Positions 1 to 9,474 of a stretch of 64,000 nt of DNA are shown piece after piece. Under the pieces are notes generated by a model that saw nothing but the letters and a program-made list of their open reading frames with translations, had not been told where the DNA came from and ran no database searches. This stretch comes from an uncultured Owenweeksia sp. (GTDB lineage: Bacteria; Bacteroidota; Bacteroidia; Flavobacteriales; Schleiferiaceae): contig CAZUCA010000009.1 of assembly GCA_964619125.1 (NCBI GenBank), forward strand, positions 804 to 64,803. Direction: 5' to 3'. A program made the position numbers and the translations under genes. Numbering within the stretch: position 1 is the stretch's first letter; each line of letters begins with the position of its first letter.

Positions 1-249
1 ACTGCGGCTGCTCACCCAGCCTTCCGGATCAATAGGAGACAGCTTTTGCGAAGGGTCGCTAAGCACACTACTTAACCGGGCGCGGAAGTCCTCCCGCTCC
101 TCGTCGCAGAGGTGGGAGATAATTTCGAGCAGGCACCATTTGCCGGGCTCGGGCCGCCACTGGTAAAGCCCTTCGGGCAGTTCTCGGAGCAGGCTCTCAA
201 AAACGGCAGCATTGCGGTTAAGCTCCTGCACAATGTGGGGGAATTTCAT
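1..249 (-). CDS. DinB family protein (DinB_2-like), 3' end runs off the window
   Basis: Not in the ORF track. Manual translation from ATG at 249: MKFPHIVQELNRNAAVFESLLRELPEGLYQWRPEPGKWCLLEIISHLCDEEREDFRARL..., with the DinB-type WRPxxGKWSxxEIxxHLxDxE pattern. Confidence 0.8.
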   Translation of the reverse strand, partial: MKFPHIVQELNRNAAVFESLLRELPEGLYQWRPEPGKWCLLEIISHLCDEEREDFRARLSSVLSDPSQKLSPIDPEGWVSSRS

Positions 250-302
250 TTTTTTTATGGAAGTTAGGAAATATCTCAGGTGAACAGCGGCGTATTCCGT
301 GG

Positions 303-1898
303 CTAGCTACCATATTTCTCCAGCATCAGATGCAGGTCTTCCAGGGTATTGGCCTCCTCCGTGGGTTTGTCGTGGCGCCAGCGTTTCATGCGTGGAAAGC
401 GCAGGGCCACCCCCGATTTATGCCGTGATGATTTCTGGATGCCTTCAAAGGCCAGTTCAAACACCAGCTCGGGTTTTACACTGCGCACGGGGCCAAAGCG
501 TTCCAGGGTATTGCGTTTCACAAAATTGTCGACCCGGCGGAACTCTTCGTCGGTAAGTCCCGAATAGGCCTTGGTAAATGGCACCAGTTCATCACCCTTC
601 CACACCGCGAAGGTATAGTCGGTGTAAAGGTTGGCACGGCGGCCATGGCCACGCATGGCGTAAATCATCACCGCATCCACCGTTAAGGGATCAACCTTCC
701 ACTTCCACCAGTCGCCCTTTTTGCGGCCTACCTGGTAATGCCCCTCTTTGTGCTTCAGCATAATACCCTCGCTGCTGTGCTCGCGCGATTTTTCCCGAAT
801 GGAGGCCAGTTCCTCCCAGCTGCTGTAATTGATTAATTTACTGAGTTGAAACAATGGATTGCCGGGGAGTTCCTGAAACAGCTTTTCCAAAATTTCCCGG
901 CGCCTGACCTGAGGATGGTGGCGTAGGTCCTCACCCTGCCACTCCAGCAGGTCGTAGGCCCGCATTACTACCGGTGCTTTTTCCAGTATTTTTTTAGTGA
1001 CATTCTTGCGGCCAATGCGGGTTTGAAGATCCTGGAAAGGTAGTACCCTGCCATCTTTAAAGGGGAGTATTTCTCCGTCCATTACCGTACCATCCGGCAG
1101 TAGCCCCGGGGCCAGTTCAAATTCAGGGAACTTGTCAGTGATCAGTTCCTCCCCGCGCGACCAAAGGAAATGTCGGCCGCCTCTTACTATCAGTTGTCCC
1201 CGGATACCGTCCCATTTGCGCTCGGCCAGCCACTCTGCCGGTGAACCGATATCAGTTGGGCCGTCGTCGAGTTGATAAGCGAGGTAAAAGGGGTAGGGCT
1301 TGCTGAGGTCATCGGCCTTTTTCTTTTCGAGAATTAGCGATTCAAAGCTTTCGGATCGGGGCTGCCAGTTTCCCATCAGGCGATGGGCCAGTTCAGCTTC
1401 TTCCTTGCCGGTATGTTTAGACAGCGCCCGTATCATCAGTTTTTGTGATACCCCCATGCGATAGCCGCCCATCATCATTTTGTTGAAGACAAAACGCTCC
1501 CACTCGTTGAGGCTATTCCAGGCCTGTGTTACTGATGCTTTGCGCTCTTCCAGACTTTGCTCCGCCATGGCCAGGATGTATTCCATCCAGTAGCTGAGGC
1601 TGTGATCAGACTCTTCCAGCGGCGGCGGTAAAACCCTGGCAATGGTTTCGGCCAGGTCACCTACAATGTGATAGCTTTCTTCGAAGAGCCATTCAGGCAG
1701 TTTACTTATTTCGGCCGTCCACTGCCGTAAATCGTTGCTGCGCACGCTGCGCTTAGGTCGTTTGCCACCAAGCAGGGCGATGCACCAGAGCTTATCGGGC
1801 TCATCAGCCACCTCAAAATAATCTACCAGCGCCTGCACTTTAGCGTTGGTTTTATTGGTTTGATCGAGGCGCAGAAAAAGCTCAGTAAAGTGCTTCAT
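303..1898 (-). CDS. ATP-dependent DNA ligase, ligase-associated DNA damage response family
   Basis: Adenylation motif ERKWDGIR, EGIMLK, WWKWK, OB-fold ALRFPR; N-terminal DNA-binding domain. Confidence 0.93.
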   Translation of the reverse strand: MKHFTELFLRLDQTNKTNAKVQALVDYFEVADEPDKLWCIALLGGKRPKRSVRSNDLRQWTAEISKLPEWLFEESYHIVGDLAETIARVLPPPLEESDHSLSYWMEYILAMAEQSLEERKASVTQAWNSLNEWERFVFNKMMMGGYRMGVSQKLMIRALSKHTGKEEAELAHRLMGNWQPRSESFESLILEKKKADDLSKPYPFYLAYQLDDGPTDIGSPAEWLAERKWDGIRGQLIVRGGRHFLWSRGEELITDKFPEFELAPGLLPDGTVMDGEILPFKDGRVLPFQDLQTRIGRKNVTKKILEKAPVVMRAYDLLEWQGEDLRHHPQVRRREILEKLFQELPGNPLFQLSKLINYSSWEELASIREKSREHSSEGIMLKHKEGHYQVGRKKGDWWKWKVDPLTVDAVMIYAMRGHGRRANLYTDYTFAVWKGDELVPFTKAYSGLTDEEFRRVDNFVKRNTLERFGPVRSVKPELVFELAFEGIQKSSRHKSGVALRFPRMKRWRHDKPTEEANTLEDLHLMLEKYGS

Positions 1899-1939
1899 GC
1901 TTTTACAAGCCCGGCGTCAGAAGATTTGTTTAAAAATGA

Positions 1940-1976
1940 AAAGGCCACAGCCCCTATGGCAGGTTTTGTGGCCTTT
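1940..1976 (-). terminator. Intrinsic terminator after nrdJ
   Basis: AAAGGCCACA/TGTGGCCTTT stem followed by a T-rich tail on the minus strand. Confidence 0.65.
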
Positions 1977-1998
1977 ATTCCGCACTAATAGTCTTAAG

Positions 1999-4566
1999 TT
2001 ATCCACATTTACTGGTGCCACAGCTCTTGCAGATCAGGCAGCCCTCTTCGTACACCACCGCATCCTCGCCGCACTCATTACAAATGCTGTCGAGGGCTTT
2101 GGTACCGTTGGCAATATAACTTTTAAGGGCACGAATCACCCCAGCCTTCCAGGTGTTGAGAGAGTCATCGCTGAGGTGGAGATTGTCAATCACATGAACC
2201 ACGTCGAGCAGTGGCATACCATGACGCAGTACGCCGCTGATCAATTTAGCGTAGTTCCAGAACTCAGGGTTAAAAGAGCGCGAAAGCCCTTCGATCGTGA
2301 TCCGGTAGTCGTCCTTGTCTTTGTACTGAAAGTCATAGCGGCTATTCCCGTCAGCGTCTTTGTTTTTGATCACGTAACCCTTCTTACACCAATAGGGGAG
2401 GTGGAAGGAGTCTTCGGCCCGTCCGGTGAAAATCTCGTAGGGCCGGTCGTTGAGCAAACCGATTACAGCAATCCAGCGCTCCTCGTTGTTGTTAAAGCGC
2501 ACTACATCGGCCTCCAGGGTTTGGGGACGGGCCGGGGCTTTGCGCTCGGCGATGAATTCCTGCTTTTGTTTCTTTTTATTCTTATCGTCAGATACCAGCA
2601 CCCCGCTGCGGCTGCCTTCGCGGTATACGGTGATACCCTTGCAGCCACTTTCCCATCCGGTGCGATAAATCTCGCCCACTTTCTGTTCATCAATGTCTTC
2701 GGGTACGTTTACGGTAACACTGATCGAGTGGTCAACCCACTGTTGCACTTTGCCCTGCAGGCGCACTTTGCTTACCCAATCCACATCGCGGGCAGTAGAG
2801 CCGGCGTAGGGCGATTTGTCTATAATGGCGTTGAGTTCATCCTCTTCCATCTTCTCCACTTCCTTGAGGTCATAGCCATTGAGCTCAAGCCAGTTGGCAA
2901 ACTGGTGGTGGAACACAAAAAATTCCTGCCAGTGGTCACCAAGGTCATCCACAAAATCGGAGCGGGTGTTTTTATCGTTGGGATTGATCTTTTTACGGCG
3001 CTTATATGACACCATAAATACCGGTTCAATTCCAGAGGTGGTTTGGGTCATCAGACTGGTGGTGCCGGTAGGGGCAATGGTAAGCAGGGCAATATTGCGA
3101 CGTCCGTGCTCCTTGATATCCTTTAAGAGCGCGGGGTCAGCTTCTGCGAGTCGCTGTAAAAAGGGGTTGTTCTTTTCGAGTTCCCAGTCAAAAATGTCAA
3201 AGCTGCCACGGTCTTTGGCCAGCTCCATGGAAGCGCGGTAAGTGGCCAATGCGAGAGTTTTGTGTACCTGCTCCGAAAAGTCAAGTGAATCTTCAGAGCC
3301 ATAGCGCATACCAAGGGCAGCGAGCATATCGCCTTCACCGGTAATGCCGATGCCGGTGCGACGTCCCTGCAGGCATTTTTCCCGGATTTTTTCCCAGAGG
3401 CGTTGTTCCGTGGCTTTTACTTCCTGGTTTTCAGGATCTGATTCGATTTTCGCCAGAATGGCTTCGATTTTCTCCAGTTCCAGGTCGATAATGTCATCGG
3501 CAATACGCTGGGCGATGCGGGCGTGTTCCTTGAACTTTACAAAGTTGAATGAGGCACTTTCGCTAAAGGGATTTTCCACATAGCTGAAGAGGTTGATGGC
3601 CAGTAAACGACAAGAGTCGTAGGGACACAATGGAATCTCCCCGCAAGGGTTGGTGGATACGGTGCTGAAGCCAAAGTCGCGGTAACTATCGGGTACGGAC
3701 TCGCGCGTGATGGTATCCCAGAAAAGGATACCGGGCTCAGCCGAAGCCCAGGCGTTGTGTACAATTTTATTCCACAGTGCACGGGCATCTATCTCCTTGG
3801 TATAAAGCGGCTCTTCGGCATCAATAGGAAAGCGCTGGGTATAGGTTTCGCCAGCCATGGCCGCCTTCATAAAGGCATCGGTGATTTTTACCGATACATT
3901 GGCGCCGGTTACCTTGGTGCCATCGAGCTTGGCGTCGATAAAAGCTTCCGAATCAGGGTGGTCAATCGAGATGCTCAGCATCAATGCCCCGCGACGGCCA
4001 TCCTGGGCCACCTCACGGGTAGAATTGCTGTAACGCTCCATAAAGGGTACCACCCCGGTTGAGGTGAGGGCCGAATTTTTAACCGGTGATCCCTTAGGAC
4101 GGATATGGGAAAGGTCATGTCCTACCCCACCCCGGCGTTTCATCAGCTGCACCTGCTCCTCGTCCGTTTTCATGATGGCCCCGTAAGAGTCGCTACTGTG
4201 ATGGTCATTGCCGATCACAAAACAGTTGGAAAGTGAAGCTACCTGAAACTGGTTGCCAATGCCGGTCATGGGGCCACCCTGCGGCACGATATATTTAAAG
4301 CCGTCGAGCACCGCAAAAATTTCCTCCTGACTCATTGGGTTGGCATAGCGTTGTTCTACCCGGGCAATCTCACTGGCCATGCGGTTATGCATATCAGCGG
4401 GAGTGCGTTCATAAATATTTCCGTGCGAATCCTTGAGGGCATATTTATTGAGCCATACCCCGGCGGCAAGCTCATCGCCTTTGAAATATTCAACAGCGGC
4501 CTTCATGGCTTCTTCGTAGGGGTAGGCAATGCGGTCAGTGAGATCGGCGGCAACTTCGGTTTTCAT
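1999..4566 (-). CDS. nrdJ: Class II adenosylcobalamin-dependent ribonucleoside-diphosphate reductase
   Basis: SLSNCFV, STNPCGEIPL, TIAPTGTTS motifs; C-terminal TSCPD-like region and Cys-rich tail (CNECG...GCLICKSCGTSKCG). Confidence 0.95.
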   Translation of the reverse strand: MKTEVAADLTDRIAYPYEEAMKAAVEYFKGDELAAGVWLNKYALKDSHGNIYERTPADMHNRMASEIARVEQRYANPMSQEEIFAVLDGFKYIVPQGGPMTGIGNQFQVASLSNCFVIGNDHHSSDSYGAIMKTDEEQVQLMKRRGGVGHDLSHIRPKGSPVKNSALTSTGVVPFMERYSNSTREVAQDGRRGALMLSISIDHPDSEAFIDAKLDGTKVTGANVSVKITDAFMKAAMAGETYTQRFPIDAEEPLYTKEIDARALWNKIVHNAWASAEPGILFWDTITRESVPDSYRDFGFSTVSTNPCGEIPLCPYDSCRLLAINLFSYVENPFSESASFNFVKFKEHARIAQRIADDIIDLELEKIEAILAKIESDPENQEVKATEQRLWEKIREKCLQGRRTGIGITGEGDMLAALGMRYGSEDSLDFSEQVHKTLALATYRASMELAKDRGSFDIFDWELEKNNPFLQRLAEADPALLKDIKEHGRRNIALLTIAPTGTTSLMTQTTSGIEPVFMVSYKRRKKINPNDKNTRSDFVDDLGDHWQEFFVFHHQFANWLELNGYDLKEVEKMEEDELNAIIDKSPYAGSTARDVDWVSKVRLQGKVQQWVDHSISVTVNVPEDIDEQKVGEIYRTGWESGCKGITVYREGSRSGVLVSDDKNKKKQKQEFIAERKAPARPQTLEADVVRFNNNEERWIAVIGLLNDRPYEIFTGRAEDSFHLPYWCKKGYVIKNKDADGNSRYDFQYKDKDDYRITIEGLSRSFNPEFWNYAKLISGVLRHGMPLLDVVHVIDNLHLSDDSLNTWKAGVIRALKSYIANGTKALDSICNECGEDAVVYEEGCLICKSCGTSKCG

Positions 4567-4819
4567 AGTAGCGTGAATTAGATGGTAGAGTAAATCCTAT
4601 TACAAAACGAGATTTGAAGATAGTCAACCAGATGCTGTTTTAAGAGAAACTAAAGCAGATGTAATTCACAGCTCTATGTTGGTAAGGGGGGTAAAATCTT
4701 AGTGGGCTTCGGATAGCGGTATGGAAAACTTTTTTTGTGGGAGCTGGTCTGCCATAGTTCATTTTTTGACCCTGTAACAGAACTGTCCCGGGCTAGGTCA
4801 ATATGGTAAGGCCGGGCAC

Positions 4820-4850
4820 AAAAAAAGGCCCACCGGTTAGGGAGGGCCTT
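4820..4850 (-). terminator. Intrinsic terminator after the 171-aa membrane protein gene
   Basis: AAGGCCC...GGGCCTT stem followed by T7 on the minus strand. Confidence 0.65.
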
Positions 4851-4870
4851 AAAGAGAGTATGGCTTAAAG

Positions 4871-5386
4871 CTAGTCTTCACATACAAAGAAGTCGTACTT
4901 GTCACGTGCCTTTTTAATGGCTTTATGAAGCTTCTTCACATTAGAGGAGCCGATAAAATACTGTTCGCCATCGCAGGTTTCAATACTGATACCATTGCGG
5001 CCGGAGAAAGTGAATTTCTTCTGCAGCATATAATTGTTGTAGGAAGTTTGCCAGCTGCTGAAGCGCGGAATCGACACCATGTGGATTGACTTGATTTCAC
5101 TCCAGTGGAGCACCCGCTTACGATGGTGAAAGGGCGCCATTTTGAATTCGATTCCCTTGGGGGTGATTGCGGTTTTGATGCTTAGCTTTAATACAAACCA
5201 TACAAAGGCCACCAATAACACCCCTACGGCTATACCCGAGATCAGGTCCACGGTGTGGAGGCTATAATTGGGGTTTAAATACTGTTTTACCACTGTTCCA
5301 ATGGCCATCAAACTGAGGCCGCCAAGGGCCAGTTTAAGGTTGAGTGATAGGAAGTTCTGCTTCTCTTTATAAATCTTTTTGGCCAT
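4871..5386 (-). CDS. Hypothetical membrane protein, two TM helices plus a PH-like C-terminal domain (DUF6141-like)
   Basis: Two hydrophobic segments, then ITPKGIEFKMAPF..WSEI..GRNGISI...IGS pattern recalled from Bacteroidota DUF6141-like proteins. Confidence 0.6.
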   Translation of the reverse strand: MAKKIYKEKQNFLSLNLKLALGGLSLMAIGTVVKQYLNPNYSLHTVDLISGIAVGVLLVAFVWFVLKLSIKTAITPKGIEFKMAPFHHRKRVLHWSEIKSIHMVSIPRFSSWQTSYNNYMLQKKFTFSGRNGISIETCDGEQYFIGSSNVKKLHKAIKKARDKYDFFVCED

Positions 5387-5402
5387 GACTTGAATGTTTA
5401 AA

Positions 5403-5429
5403 TTAACCTTTAGTTAACACAAAGTTAAC
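5403..5429. promoter_or_regulatory. Three TTAAC direct repeats at 11-bp period, candidate response-regulator site
   Basis: TTAAC at 5403, 5414 and 5425, just upstream of the ATG at 5386. Confidence 0.45.
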
Positions 5430-5556
5430 ATAAAAGCTGGGACTGACAAATAATGCGCCCAGGGTTCTGCCTTTAAATCTATCTGAATGCGAGTTAATTA
5501 GCTTGGGTTTAGTCAGAAAAGTGCTCGCTGATTCGCAAGGATGTTTTGATTGGGCC

Positions 5557-5584
5557 AAAAAAAAGGCCCCAAAACAGGGCCTTT
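5557..5584 (-). terminator. Intrinsic terminator after purF
   Basis: AAAGGCCC/GGGCCTTT stem followed by T8 on the minus strand. Confidence 0.7.
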
Positions 5585-5608
5585 AAACTTGCTTTAAACC
5601 TTGGCGCC

Positions 5609-7507
5609 TTAGTAGGCCCTTACATTTTTGCCCTCATAAAAATTGAGGAAAGCGCGGTTTACGACCCGCATACCACCAGGGGTGGGGAAGTTGCCGGTAA
5701 AATACCAATCGCCCAGGTTATTGGGGCAAGCCCGGTGCAGGTCTTCCACGGTTTGGTAAATTACCTTAACCTCGGCCTGAATATCTTCCGGGGTAAGCAG
5801 CTCGGCAATTTTATCCGATACTTCCTGGGGGGTGAAGGGGGCATATATTTCCTGCACGAAATTTTCAATCTCCGAGTCAGGCAGGTGCTGCTGGGCGGAG
5901 CATTTCTCGTAAACCTCGTCAATAATACTCTCGCGCCCGCTTTCCCTGAGCAAGGCAATGGCGGCACGGAAGGCTACAAAATCTCCGAGCTTGGCCATGT
6001 CGATACCGTAACAGTCGGGGTAGCGGATTTGCGGGGCGGAAGAAACCACCACGATGCGGGCAGGGCTGAGGCGGTCGAGCATTTTGAGGATGCTCTGGCG
6101 CAAGGTGGTGCCTCGTACAATGCTGTCGTCAATTACCACCAGGGTGTCGTCTTTCTTCACCGTTTCGTAGGTAACGTCGTAAACGTGTGATACCAGGTCG
6201 TCGCGGCTGCTGTCTTCGGTAATAAAGGTGCGCATCTTCACGTCTTTCCAGATCGATTTTTCGATGCGGGGGCGGTAGGAAAGCAGCTGATCGAGTTTTT
6301 CGGCGTCGAGCTTGCCCTCAAACTTGAGAATCTTATTGCGCTTTACCTCGTTGAGGTAGTCCTCCATACCCTTGATCATACCGTAAAAGGCAATCTCGGC
6401 GGTATTGGGGATAAATGAAAATACGGTGTTTTTAAGGTCACTATCCACCTCCTCGAGGATGGCGGGACAAACCTTGCGGCCCAGCTCAATACGCTCGCGG
6501 TAGATGTCGGCATCGTTGCCCCGCGAAAAGTAAATGCGCTCAAAGGAGCAGGCCTTGCGCTCCAGTGGCTTGCGGATTTCCTCCAGGCGGGCCTGGCCAT
6601 TCTTTTTAATAATAAAGGCATGGCCCGGGGTGATTTCTTTAATCTCGCTAAAGGGCACGTTAAAGGCGGTCTGAATCACCGGGCGCTCTGAGGCTACCAC
6701 CGCAATTTCATCGTCGTCGTAGTAATAAGCAGGACGAATACCACTGGGGTCACGCAACACAAAGGCGTCACCGTGGCCAAAAAGGCCGGCCATGGCATAG
6801 CCGCCGTCCCAGTTTTTGGCGCTCTTGCGAAGGATCTTGCGAATATTGATTTCCTCGGCAATTTTGGGGGAAATGTCTTTTTTGGGCAGTCCTTCCTTTT
6901 TGTACTTGCGGTAGAGCTTTTCGTTCTGCTCGTCGAGGAAGTGGCCAATTTTTTCGAGGATGGTAACGGTATCTGCCTTTTCCTTGGGGTGTTGGCCCAG
7001 GTCAACCAGCGCCGTAAAGAGCTCGTCAACGTTGGTCATATTAAAGTTACCGGCCAGAATGAGGTTGCGGGTTACCCAGTTGTTCTGGCGCAGGAAGGGG
7101 TGACATTGCTCCACCGAGTTGCCGCCGTAGGTACCGTAGCGCAGATGCCCGAGGTAAAGCTCACCTACGAAAGGCAAATTCTCCTTTAGCCAGGCCGGAT
7201 CCTGCAGGCGCTCACGCTCATTGCCAATGCCGTCGTTAATGCGTCCGTTCACCCGCTGAAAGAGGTCCTGGATAGGGGTTTTGTCATTAGAGCGATAACG
7301 GCTGATGTAACGGCTACCGGGAGGCATATCGAGTTTGATGTTGGCCAGTCCGGCCCCATCCTGCCCCCGGTTATGCTGCTTCTCCATCAGCAGGTACATC
7401 TTATTTACCCCGTAGAGGGCGGTGCCGTACTTTTCCAGATAGTACTCCAGTGGCTTTTTGAGCCTTACCAGTGCAATGCCGCACTCGTGTTTGATTGCAT
7501 CACTCAT
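5609..7507 (-). CDS. purF: Amidophosphoribosyltransferase, long Bacteroidota form
   Basis: Propeptide plus HECG N-terminal nucleophile, QHNRGQDGAG, GHLRYGT, PRPP-binding VIDDSIVRGTT. Confidence 0.95.
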   Translation of the reverse strand: MSDAIKHECGIALVRLKKPLEYYLEKYGTALYGVNKMYLLMEKQHNRGQDGAGLANIKLDMPPGSRYISRYRSNDKTPIQDLFQRVNGRINDGIGNERERLQDPAWLKENLPFVGELYLGHLRYGTYGGNSVEQCHPFLRQNNWVTRNLILAGNFNMTNVDELFTALVDLGQHPKEKADTVTILEKIGHFLDEQNEKLYRKYKKEGLPKKDISPKIAEEINIRKILRKSAKNWDGGYAMAGLFGHGDAFVLRDPSGIRPAYYYDDDEIAVVASERPVIQTAFNVPFSEIKEITPGHAFIIKKNGQARLEEIRKPLERKACSFERIYFSRGNDADIYRERIELGRKVCPAILEEVDSDLKNTVFSFIPNTAEIAFYGMIKGMEDYLNEVKRNKILKFEGKLDAEKLDQLLSYRPRIEKSIWKDVKMRTFITEDSSRDDLVSHVYDVTYETVKKDDTLVVIDDSIVRGTTLRQSILKMLDRLSPARIVVVSSAPQIRYPDCYGIDMAKLGDFVAFRAAIALLRESGRESIIDEVYEKCSAQQHLPDSEIENFVQEIYAPFTPQEVSDKIAELLTPEDIQAEVKVIYQTVEDLHRACPNNLGDWYFTGNFPTPGGMRVVNRAFLNFYEGKNVRAY

Positions 7508-7536
7508 AAACGCGATTCCCTTCTCTAATGAGCGCG

Positions 7537-7544
7537 CAAATTTA
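7537..7544 (-). promoter_or_regulatory. Bacteroidota -7 promoter element for purF
   Basis: TAAATTTG matches TAnnTTTG, about 30 nt upstream of the ATG. Confidence 0.55.
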
Positions 7545-7632
7545 CGCCTTTTCTGTAGAGGGATAATAGATCTTGCTTAACTGCTTATTTGCCTGGAAGG
7601 GCTGCTTGTCCCTTCAGTCAGCATCGGGTCTT

Positions 7633-8322
7633 TTACCAATGCAGGCCACACTCGGTTTTGTCGGAGTTACCCCAGCGACCGCTACGGTTTTTGCCGGGAC
7701 GGGTACAGTGGGTGCAGCCGATGGAGTCGTAGCCATGCCGTACCAAGGGGTGGTAAGGCAAATTATGTTGCGCCATATAGTGCCCTTGCTCTGCCGCGCT
7801 CATATCGAGCAGGGGGTGAAATTTTAGCAGGCCATCTTTCCGTTCAAAAAAGTTGAGCTGGGCCCGCTTGGGGTTTTGCCAGGCCATCAGCCCCGAAACC
7901 CATACACCGTAGCGGGATTTCACCTTGTTGAGGGGAGCCACCTTATTGATAGCGCAGCAAAGGTCGGGGTCGCTACGCCAGGTTTGCTCGCGCTGAGTGG
8001 TTTCCTGCTCTTTTTTAGAGGCCCGCAGAGATTCTACCTGCAAAGCGAAACGCCCGGTAAGTAAGCGCTTATAGCTTAGTGTTTCGGGAAAATGATTGCC
8101 GGTATCGATAAAATATATTTTCTGCCGGGGCTGGGCCTGTGCCACTTCGCGCAACAAAATGGCAGAGGTAGCGGCAAAGGAACTGGTCACCATAATATCC
8201 GTTGGGGCAAAGTCCTGGTATAAGGCGTGCAGGCGCTGGGAAATACTCAGGGAACGGTAGCGCTGGTTGAGTAAGTTCAGTTCCGTGGCGGTGAGAGCAG
8301 GGCCATCCAGGTAAGCATTCAT
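7633..8322 (-). CDS. cysH: (Phospho)adenylyl-sulfate reductase, Fe-S (APS reductase) type
   Basis: TSSF, FIDTG, LCC...GCTHC and C-terminal ECGLH motifs. Confidence 0.9.
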   Translation of the reverse strand: MNAYLDGPALTATELNLLNQRYRSLSISQRLHALYQDFAPTDIMVTSSFAATSAILLREVAQAQPRQKIYFIDTGNHFPETLSYKRLLTGRFALQVESLRASKKEQETTQREQTWRSDPDLCCAINKVAPLNKVKSRYGVWVSGLMAWQNPKRAQLNFFERKDGLLKFHPLLDMSAAEQGHYMAQHNLPYHPLVRHGYDSIGCTHCTRPGKNRSGRWGNSDKTECGLHW

Positions 8323-8346
8323 GCTGCTTCTAATCAGTTTAGGGAT

Positions 8347-9399
8347 TTAAACATTGCTGGTTGCTTCACGGGGGTTTTGGCTGCCGCCGGCCAGTTCAAA
8401 GCGGCTTTTGTCAATGTTCAACCACTCCAGGGTGGAGTTGCAGAAGATATCTTCCACCACCTTTTGGTCGAGATTCATTTCATTGATAAACTGGCCTATT
8501 TCCAGGTCGCCCAGGGGGAAGGGGTAATCACTGCCCAGGGTTACGCGTTTGCTGCCCTGCATATCGAGAATATACTGCAGCATCTTGGGATCATGCGTAA
8601 TGCAGTCAACCCAAAAATCACCGATGTAAGTGCGTGGATTGTGATTGTTGTGAATGGCCACCAGGTCAGGACGGCAGTTAAAGCCATGCTCGATGCGCCC
8701 GATGGTGGGTAAAAAGGAGCCCCCGGCATGTGAAAAGCACACCCGTAGCTGGGGGAGACGCTCAAACACCCCACCGAAAATCATGGAGCAGGCGGCACGT
8801 GAAGTCTCGGCTGGCATCCCTACCAGCCAGGGCAGCCAGTACTTGCGCATACTGTCCATGCCCATCATATTCCAGGGGTGCACCATGATGGCCATATCGA
8901 GCTCCTGGGCTGCTTCAAAAATGGGGAAGAACTCAGGTTCGCTGAGGTTTTTATCGTTAATGTTGCTACCGATCTGGATACCCAGCAGGCCGATTTCCTT
9001 ACAGCGCTGCAATTCCTTTATGGCCTCTTCGGTATCCTGCATGGGAACAGTACCCAGCCCCAGATAATGCTGAGGATAATCTTTGCAGAGCTGGGCGATG
9101 TGATCGTTCAGAAAACGGGACAACTCTGCGCAATCACGCGGCTTGGCCCAATATGAAAACATCACCGGTATAGTACAAACTACCTGTACCTGGGTCTCAA
9201 ATTTCTCATAGTCCTTAATACGCAGCTCCGGATCCCAGCAATTGGATTCAATCCGCCTGAAAAAACGATCGCCCTGCATCATGTTGGCAGTGTTGTCATT
9301 GTTGTGAATCAGGTGGATGAAATCGCCATAACCAAACTTCTCGGCAAAATTAGGCAGCCGTTCGGGCAGGATATGGGTATGCATGTCAATCTTCAGCAT
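8347..9399 (-). CDS. nbaD: 2-amino-3-carboxymuconate-6-semialdehyde decarboxylase (ACMSD), amidohydrolase family
   Basis: IDMHTH, VHPW, SHAGGSF, LGSDYPFPLG motifs. Start moved to the ATG at 9399 (MLKIDMHTH). Confidence 0.9.
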   Translation of the reverse strand: MLKIDMHTHILPERLPNFAEKFGYGDFIHLIHNNDNTANMMQGDRFFRRIESNCWDPELRIKDYEKFETQVQVVCTIPVMFSYWAKPRDCAELSRFLNDHIAQLCKDYPQHYLGLGTVPMQDTEEAIKELQRCKEIGLLGIQIGSNINDKNLSEPEFFPIFEAAQELDMAIMVHPWNMMGMDSMRKYWLPWLVGMPAETSRAACSMIFGGVFERLPQLRVCFSHAGGSFLPTIGRIEHGFNCRPDLVAIHNNHNPRTYIGDFWVDCITHDPKMLQYILDMQGSKRVTLGSDYPFPLGDLEIGQFINEMNLDQKVVEDIFCNSTLEWLNIDKSRFELAGGSQNPREATSNV

Positions 9400-9474
9400 G
9401 GGCGTAAAAAGGTCTTTTTGAAGTTTAAGATTCTTCAAAGATAATGGGATAATTTCAGAGGGGCGATAAAAGCA

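Noticed and set aside
1897-3009. 370-aa plus-strand ORF
   Set aside because: Lies antisense to nrdJ, has no recognisable motifs, and has the composition of a shadow ORF from codon bias.
4567-4820. Possible cobalamin riboswitch upstream of the B12-dependent nrdJ
   Set aside because: I could not find the conserved B12-box or GGGAA...ACTG core elements.
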